NCBI GenBank assembly: GCA_964016885.1
Contig: OZ024744.1
Span: 33,728,001-33,792,000 of the forward strand
DNA length: 64,000 bases
Direction of reading: 5' to 3'
Source: Eledone cirrhosa
Lineage: Eukaryota
Positions 55,501 through 64,000 of this stretch are shown piece by piece. The position numbers were made by a program, and so were the translations under genes. The notes below the pieces were generated by a model, which did no database searches, was not told the origin of the DNA, and saw only the letters and a program-made list of their open reading frames with translations. Each line of letters starts with the position of its first letter. Position 1 is the stretch's first letter.

Positions 55501-57172
55501 TTACCTTTCGGAACCGTTCAACAGCATGCGCTCGGTCCGCCAAGGATGTCCTCTCTCGTCCCTCTTGTACGTATTGACTCTCGAGCCATTACTGCACAAA
55601 CTGGAGACGTTGAGGGTCGTCCCGCGCGAACTAGGATGCGGAAGATCCGTGTCAGCATATGCGGACGATGTCACCATAGTGGTGTCGAATGCCAAACACA
55701 TCGAGGCGATCGGCACTACACTAAGAGAATACGAAGCGGTGACAGGAGCAATGATCAACCAGGAAAAGTCAGTGGGCCTGCAGCTCGGCACCTGGAGAGG
55801 CAGGTCCATGCCGTCCAAGAGCGCCGTCCGGCGCTGGACGGACGGACCGATTAAATTGCTAGGGGTCTGGTTCGGTCCGGACCTCCTGACGGACAAAAAC
55901 TGGGACGAGGTGACGAGCAGGGTGGCTTCTTTCACCCAGAAATGGGCGGAGAGGAAGCTATCCCTGAAAGGTCGAGCAGAGGTGGCTAACGCGTGCATCG
56001 CGTCCGTCATCTACTACCGCCTGACTGTCGTACCTTGTCATAAGCCCCGCCTGACTGCGCTGGAGCGTTTGATCTTTCGCTTTTTGTGGAAGGGACGCGC
56101 TCCGATGGTCAGGTGGTCCATCTGCTGTCAACACCCGCTACGTGGAGGGCTGGGCATGCCATGGCTGATGATGCGCAGACACGCGCTCAGGCTACGACAT
56201 TTCCACCTCTTCCTCGACGGTGATCAGATGTGGTCACCGTTTGCTAGACACGTCTTTCCCCAGCTCGTCTCCTTGACGGAGCTGCAGTCCTGGGTCAAGC
56301 GAAGACCGAGAGGGAGCGCTTGGAGACTGCAATGTCTTCAGGCGCTCACAGCCCTCGACCAATCGGGCAATGTGATCGGTGGAAACTCCACCTTGGCGTT
56401 CTATACAGGATTAGTGGAGGGGAAGAGCGACGACATACTTGGAGAAACTCTAGGCGTCGACGAAAATCAACAAGCCAATCTCTTCGGAAGAACTATCGGG
56501 CCGGGATCTATGGACAACTTCCAGAAATCTCTGGCCTGGCAGTGCTACCGAGGAGCCTTGCCAGTTCGGGATAAACTCTACAGGCATAGAGGTGCCGTCA
56601 GCCGGGCATGTCCGAGATGCGCGCAGGGCAACGAAACTGTCCTGCACGCACTCGTCCAGTTTTCATCTGCCTGGTGGCCATGGCGAAAGAGATTGTGTGG
56701 TGGACAATGTTGAAAGGGTTAAAGACAAACACTTTCCTCTTCGGCGAATCTCTGATTAACTTTTTCAAGTTTCACTTCAAGAGGAAAATCAGGGTGGAGA
56801 GGCAAGTGCTGCTTTCTAGCAAGTTTGTTGAAAGGTGGGTGAATGTAGCGAGAATGGTCCGAGTGAATATACGTCTGTAGTTTGAGAGATGGAAAAATTG
56901 AGATAGGGCGCTTGCCCTGGTAGTCAGGGTGGCCGTGGTCTTTTGTGTGGTTTTCGCCACGAGTAACCCTCGGAGGTTTCCCCCCTATTGGGGAATTTTT
57001 CATTGCTTCAATTTTCATTTTATTGTTTATATATATATATATGTTTTATGTCTTTTTTCTTTTCTTATATAAATAATAAAAATATTTACACGCACAAAAC
57101 CCACATCGTACCGTCCTGTTCCGTTTGTGATGTTTTTCTTGATGTCAGCCCTTGTGGCCAATAAAGAAATCA
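52577..57172 (+). mobile_element. L1/Tx1-like LINE family B: partial ORF1 plus disrupted ORF2
   Basis: VEGRRPRCVVCGEGTHLRAFC knuckle; SINARGL, GDWN, RQGCPLS, YADD; deletion near 56660; ends in (TAT)n. Confidence 0.92.
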
Positions 57173-57194
57173 TTATTATTATTATTATTATTGT

Positions 57195-58142
57195 TATTGT
57201 TATTCCTTGAATCTCAGTCATTGATGTTGGTTAACTGGAAAGTCCGTTGGATTGAATATCAAGCCACTACCTGCAGCCTCAGATATTCAGGACGTATCGG
57301 AGGGTTCTTGCCGTTCCAAGCAAGCATGCCTTTTGAAGCGTTCCAAAAAGCGTGAAGGGGCCGATTTTCTTTAACCATCCCTGGAAACCTTTGGAGATAG
57401 TCCCCAGTGCGCCTATGACAATCGGGATCACTTTGACTTCATGGCAGTTCCAAATCCTTTTCACCTCCCACTTTAGGTCCTGGTATCGGTTAATTTTCTC
57501 CCTCTCCTTCTCTTGCACTCTCGTGTCGAACGGGCAGGCCACATCCACAATCAGGCACGATCTTTTTTCTTTGTCCACAACCACCAGGTCAGGTCTATTG
57601 TGTTCCAGTTTTTTGTCCGTCTGTATCCTAAAATCCCACAGCACCTTCACCTGACTGTTCTCCATCACCGCCTCTGGCCTATGCTCATACCATTTCTCAG
57701 AATGTGGTAGATTGTTTACTTTGCACAGGTGCCAGTGGATCACCCTGCCCATCACATCGTCTCTCCAGCCCTTATAGTGGGTCTGGGCTAGGTGTTTACA
57801 CTCGGACACAATGTGAGCCACAGTCTCCTCTCTCTCTCCACAGATCCTGCACAGTGGGCTAGCCTCCTCCTTGTAGATATGGTGCTTCAACCACTTCGTT
57901 TTGAGGGCCTGCTCCTGCGCAGCCATTAGCATTCCTTCTGTAGCCTTTTTGAGGTCTCCTCTTCTCAACCAGTTCCATGTCTGTGGATCTCTAAATTCAG
58001 TTTTCTCAAAGAAGGTACTATGAAGGGATTTTCCCTTAAGGCTGCTCTTCCTCCTTGATGTTATTTCCTCCTTGGATATCCCCTGGCCTACTGTCCCCTC
58101 CTTCAGTACAGCTCTGAGCATTGGCTCCTTACTATAGGTCAC
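57195..58142 (-). mobile_element. 5'-truncated Dong/R4-clade LINE (CCHC plus REL endonuclease; ORF 57279-58142)
   Basis: AAQEQAL, CRICGEREETVAHIVSEC, HNRPDLVV..DVACP, IVIGALG; (TAA)n flanks. Confidence 0.9.
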
Positions 58143-58168
58143 GTATTTGTTATTATTATTATTATTAT

Positions 58169-60379
58169 GAGAATTCCCAGTTCTGTGAGCCGAGGAGCGG
58201 TGGCACTGCTGAGAAAGGATCCGAACAAGGGGGATAACATAGACAATTTCCGGCCCATAACTCTGCTAAACACAGAGTTTAAGATTTTGGCCAAGGTGCT
58301 AGCAAAGAGGTTGGCGCTTGTCGTTGGTGGTCTGGTGGGAGAGGCGCAGACATGCGCCATTCCCGACAGATCCATCCACGACAACCTCCACCTCATGCGA
58401 TACATCGTAGAGAGGGTAGCTAGGGAACCTGGCACGGGTGGGTCCTTGATCAATTTAGATCAGTCGAAAGCTTTCGATAGGGTCGACCATCGTTACCTAG
58501 CGGCAGTCCTGAGGGCGGCTGGCTTTGGGCCCGTCTTCAGAGGCTGGATCGCTGCCATGCACAGCGACATCTGCTCTGTAGTGAGAGTGAACGGTCACCT
58601 GTCGGAACCGTTCAACATCATGCGCTCGGTCCGCCAAGGATGTCCCCTCTCGTCCCTCTTGTACGTATTGACTCTCGAGCCATTACTGCACAAACTGGAG
58701 ACGTTGAGGGGAGTCCCGCGCGAACTAGGATGCGGAAGATCCGTGTCAGCATATGCGGACGATGTCACCGTAGTGGTGTCGAACGCCAAACACATCGAGG
58801 CGATCGGCACTACACTAAGAGAATACGAAGCGGTGACAGGAGCAATGATCAACCAGGAAAAGTCAGTGGGCCTGCAGCTCGGCACCTGGAGAGGCAGGTC
58901 CATGCCGTCCAACAGCGTCGTCGGGCGCTGGACGGACGGACCGGTTAAATTGCTAGGGGTCTGGTTCGGTCCGGACCTCCAGACGGACAAAAACTGGGAC
59001 GAGGTGACGAGCAGGGTGGCTTCTCTCACCCAGAAATGGGCGGAGAGGAAGCTATCCTTGAAAGGTCGAGCGGAGGTGGCTAACGCGTACATCGCGTCTG
59101 TCATCTGCTACCGCCTAACCGTCGTACCTTGTCCTAAGCCTCGCCTGACTGCGCTGGAGCGTTTGCTCTTTCGCTTTTTGTGGAAGGGACGTGCTCCGAT
59201 GGTCAGGCGGTCCATCTGTTGTCAACACCCGCTACGTGGAGGGCTGGGCATGCCGTGGCTGATGATGCGCAGGCACGCGCTCAGGCTACGACATCTCCAC
59301 CTCTTCCTCGACGGTGATCAGGTGTGGTCGCCGTTTGCTAGACGCGTTTTTCCCCAGCTCGTTTCCTTGACGGAGCTGCAGTCCTGGGTCAAGCGAAGAC
59401 CGAGAGGGAGCGCCTGGAGACTGGAATGTCTTCAGGCGCTCACAGCCCTCGACCAATCGGGCAATGTGATCGGTGGAAACTCCACCTCGGCGTTCTATAG
59501 AGGATTAGTGGAGGGGAAGAGCGACGACGTACTTGGGGAAACTCTAGGCGTCGACGAAAATCAACTAGCCAATCTCTTCGGAAGAACTTTCGGGCCAGGG
59601 CCTATGGACAACTTCCAGAAATCTCTGGCCTGGCAGTGCTACCGAGGAGCCTTGCCAGTTCGGGATAAACTCTACAGGCATGGAGGTGCCGTCAGCCGGG
59701 CATGTCCGAGATGCGCCCAGGGCGACGAAACCGTCCTGCACGCACTCGTCCAGTGTCCGAAAATTACTGACTTGTGGGTTTATGTCGAACACCTGCTGTC
59801 GCGTTTAGGACGGATCCAGCTATCATCTGAGTCTATCGTGAGGATTGCCCCGCCCTCCTCCTTTAGCCGGGAAGGGCAGGCAGTTTTTATCTGTCTGGTG
59901 GCCATGGCGAAAGAGATAGTATGGTGGACACGTTTGAAAGGGCTGAAGACGAGCACTTACCTCTTCGGTGATGCTCTGATTGACTTTTTCAAATTTCATT
60001 TGAAAAGGAAAATCAGAGTAGAGAAGGAAGTGCTCTCTTCCCAGCATTTTGTTGAAAGATGGGTGAGAGAAGCAAGAATGGCCCGAGTGAATGGGCCGAC
60101 TCTGAGTATATATCTGTAAACTAAAGGTGGAAAACTGGGAGAGGGCACTTGCCTTGGTGGTCAGGGTCATTGTGGCTTTTTACTGGGCTTTCTCCACAAA
60201 TGTCCCTCCGAAGTCTCCCCCCTATTGGGGAATTTTTCATTGTTATTTTCATTGTTATTTTTGTTACATCCTCTGTTTTTGTTTTTTTACACGCAGAAAT
60301 GCCCATTTGTACCGTCCTGCATTGTCCTGCACTGTCCTTAATGTCTACTTTATGTAAACCCTTGTGGTTAATAAAGAAA

Positions 60380-60380
<1 letters not shown>
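58169..60380 (+). mobile_element. 5'-truncated L1/Tx1-like LINE family B with an open 650-aa RT and C-terminus
   Basis: Uninterrupted ORF to 60119; (TAT)n on both sides; very similar to 55075-56660. Confidence 0.93.
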
Positions 60381-60431
<51 letters not shown>

Positions 60432-60498
60432 ATATAAAATATATATATATATATATACTTATATAATTACATACATACACACCTATATATATATATAT

Positions 60499-60594
<96 letters not shown>

Positions 60595-60972
60595 CCGATA
60601 CAGTTCTAAAGTAAAAATGACTATAAAAGAAAGAAGGCACTTTAAAAGTAATTTTATAAAACACTGACTAAAGATGTTTTTGAAAAATAAATATTTAATT
60701 TTATTAAATACTGTGAGAAACGAAGACTCTTTTGAAACTGCTTTCTGGTGAGTTAGAATGTTTTGATTGGCGGTCTAGCGAGCAGTATAAACATGATTTA
60801 CATGTCGTCTATCTGATCTTAACAGTAGGTGCATTTACTGTACACGAGACCAAATTTACATGACTTTCTGTCGCCCACCTTAAAGCTCTTCCCATGTCTC
60901 TTTCTTTATATATATATATATATATACTCCCTACACACATGCATATCTCTCTCTCTTTTTCTCTGTCTCTCT

Positions 60973-61042
<70 letters not shown>

Positions 61043-61082
61043 ATATATTAATAAATGGAAACTATATTTATAAAACCATATT

Positions 61083-61148
61083 TATTTTATAATACATATT
61101 TCAAGGGCAACCAAGGCAAATTATGGTGCGCTTTCATCAGATAAAATA
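61083..61148 (-). ncRNA. Type I hammerhead ribozyme
   Basis: Mirror of 61301-61366. Confidence 0.8.
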
Positions 61149-61300
61149 CAGATTTGTTTTATAAATAATATTGACATAACCGGTAAAAAGACAACCTTAA
61201 CGGTTGGAGCTTCCTGGATAACCGACTATCCAGGAAGCTCCAACCGTTAAGGTTGTCTTTTTTTCAGGGTATGTCAATATTTATTTATAAAATAAATCTA

Positions 61301-61366
61301 TATTTTATCTGATGAAAGCGCACCATAATTTGCCTTGGTTGCCCTTGAAATATGTATTATAAAATA
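61301..61366 (+). ncRNA. Type I hammerhead ribozyme
   Basis: TATTTTAT-CTGATGA-AAGCGCACCA..TGGTTGCCCTT-GAAA-TATGT-ATT/ATAAAATA. Confidence 0.8.
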
Positions 61367-61922
61367 AATATGGTTTTATAAATATAGTTTCCATTTATTA
61401 ATATATTGTGTATTTACTCCACTATCAGTTGAGTGCTTTATATAAGTTATAAAAATGTTTAAGCTTGTTGAATCCCAACAAATTAAATATAACCTCTGCA
61501 TATACATATATATATATATTTGTGTTTAATAAAGAAACGGTTCTTATTACTATAAATATATGTCCGTTAGTTACACTATCTCTCTGTATGTATGTATGCC
61601 TGTATGTTTATATGCCCCCCCCCCACGCTCTCTCTGTATATATATATATATATATGAGTGTGTGCACATGCGAACATACGTGTGTATGTAGCTGTGTGCG
61701 GGCGTGTGTGTGTGTGTGTGCCTGTGTTTATAACCGCCTCTCACTTCAACAATTCTTTATGTTCCACTAAAAGGCAACAATACGAATTACTTCACATTCA
61801 TCAAAGTCAAATATCACAACAAAAAAATAAAATGAAAATAAAACATAACTTCACAACTTTCGGTCGCCATTTAGAAAAAGAAAAAAGAAAAAAAATAGAA
61901 AATAAAAGATTTTTGTACGTCT

Positions 61923-62105
61923 CAGGCCTGTCAACTCTCTTCGTCTGGAGGGGAGATTTGGGGTGGCTGAGAGATGTCTTCTCATGTGAAAATGGCTATA
62001 GCTTTCATTATGTAAAATCTCTCCATTTTGCCTTGTTTCTCCCCGTTTTGGGACAGTTTTGTCCTTGGTTCTCCTCGTTTAGGTTTTTGGACGTTGGCAG
62101 GTCTG
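61923..62105. mobile_element. MITE with 13-bp TIRs (hAT-like)
   Basis: CAGGCCTGTCAAC...GTTGGCAGGTCTG. Confidence 0.7.
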
Positions 62106-62324
62106 GTGTTTGGGTTTTGTGTGCGCGTGCATGTTTCTTCATATGTATAGGTATGTGTGCTTGTGTGTACATACGTGTTTGTGTGTATGCGTAGATACGT
62201 GTACCTGTGTGAGTGGATGTGTATATGTGTATGTGTAGATGTGTATGTGTATGTGTAGATGTGTATGTATATGTGTATGTGTAGGTAGAAGTTCCTACGT
62301 GAGGGTTCCTGCGTGTATGTGTGG

Positions 62325-62520
62325 CAGACCTGTCAACGCTCCTCGTCGGACGGGGACATCTCCCACCCACCTTGGGTGGGTGAGAGATGTCATCTCTTGT
62401 GAAAATGGGTATAGCTTTTATTATGTAAAAGCTCCCCATTTTGCCTCATTTCTCTCCGTTTGGGGGCCCTTTTTTTCTCATGGTACTCCGCGTTTGGGAA
62501 TTTAGAGATTGGCATGTCTG
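62325..62520. mobile_element. MITE with 13-bp TIRs (hAT-like)
   Basis: CAGACCTGTCAAC...ATTGGCATGTCTG. Confidence 0.7.
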
Positions 62521-62787
62521 CAACCTTCCATATAGCGTCGCATTGAAAGAAGCTTTGCTCCTGTGCACGCGTCAAAACGTGTATAGATTACCGTTGATTA
62601 CCAACTACTTTGATCTAGTAATTCCTCGTTGTGCCAAACTGTGTGTTTGTTAAGCGTGTACACACAGCTTTTATACCTAAGACTCTTATTCATAATGCCA
62701 TTCTTTGGCAGTTATTTATTTATCTTTTTATTGTATTATTTTCATCTGGTTCAAATGTCCTTTCTGATGCTGATCATTACACACACA

Positions 62788-62934
<147 letters not shown>

Positions 62935-63177
62935 TCACTCACTCAAACACACACATATACATATATATGTATATGTATATATATATATACATATATATAT
63001 ATACATGTATATATATATATTTATATAAGGATTAGAATACTGGAGCGTGTTTGAGTCAAACACCCTCTTCGTATTATAGAATTGACAGTAAAAGGTATAG
63101 CTCAATGCAGTTAAACAGAGCCAAAACATTAAGAGAGTAAAACAAAGAATCCTTTAATACATCAAAAGTTTTTATTA

Positions 63178-63215
63178 GCCGACAATGTTTCGTCCTATTA
63201 AGGACTCATCAGGGC
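63178..63215 (-). ncRNA. Minimal type I hammerhead ribozyme in a ~360-bp island in (TA)n
   Basis: rc: GCC-CTGATGA-GTCC(TTAATA)GGAC-GAAAC-ATT-GTC/GGC, then AATAAA. Confidence 0.88.
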
Positions 63216-63473
63216 AATCAAAACAATAAGAGGTAATATCGGCAGATACAAGCCAGAAACTCTGAAGAATATGGAGTGTACATACACTAATGTCTTGCAA
63301 AGATATACGATAATAAAAATGAAAATAAAGATAAAAATAATAAAATTATAATAACTAAGGATGTAGATAACATTAAGAACCATATTACAAATATATATTT
63401 ATATATATAAACATACATATGTATGTATAAATAAATATATATATATATATATTTATATATATTTATATATATT

Positions 63474-63526
<53 letters not shown>

Positions 63527-63735
63527 ATAAACACATATATTTATAAACACATACGTATATACATATATACATACATACGTATATACATACATGTACATAT
63601 ACATGCACACACACACATACGCACATACACACATGCATACATACATACATACATACACATACATGCATACACACACACACACATACATACATACATACAT
63701 ACACACATACATACACACATACATACACACATACA

Positions 63736-63769
<34 letters not shown>

Positions 63770-64000
63770 CATATACATACATACATACATACATACATAC
63801 ATACATACATACATACATACATAGAAACATACATACAATTATCAACCTGTCTTGAATTCCTTGTCGCCAAGAAGTGGCCGCCGAGGTGTTCCATCGTTGT
63901 CATTTTGATTATAGAGTCAAAGGCGAAAAATCGAATTTACTTAAGCAAACATAAAAATTCTTTGTTTTCTCCAGCGACGTTAGTCGTTTGTGTAAATATC

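Larger units (their letters stand above)
61038..61412. mobile_element. PLE-like hairpin element, ~185-bp arms
   Basis: Inverted arms around a 6-nt loop at 61221-61226. Confidence 0.8.

Overview
AT-rich, microsatellite-dense eukaryotic non-coding DNA, probably from an octopus or other coleoid cephalopod (inferred from an octopus-type tRNA-derived SINE and the repeat landscape). No host gene can be supported. The window is almost all retroelements: (i) two L1/Tx1-like LINE families, one embedded in (GATA)n and the other in (TAA)n; (ii) RTE, CR1-like and R4/Dong-like LINE fragments; (iii) three Neptune-type Penelope-like (PLE) remnants, two with inverted pseudo-LTRs; (iv) MITEs and SINEs. The most striking signal is a dense set of type I hammerhead ribozyme (HHR) motifs: about 25 full or degenerate copies from roughly 15 unrelated sequence families. 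Most lie in ORF-less elements inserted in (TA)n. Several of these elements share one architecture: more than one tandem unit (about 308, 421, 469, 521, 612 or 1006 nt), in four cases with an inverted copy. This suggests a diverse population of retrozyme-like, possibly circular-RNA-based, non-autonomous elements. All ribozyme calls are by eye and are untested.
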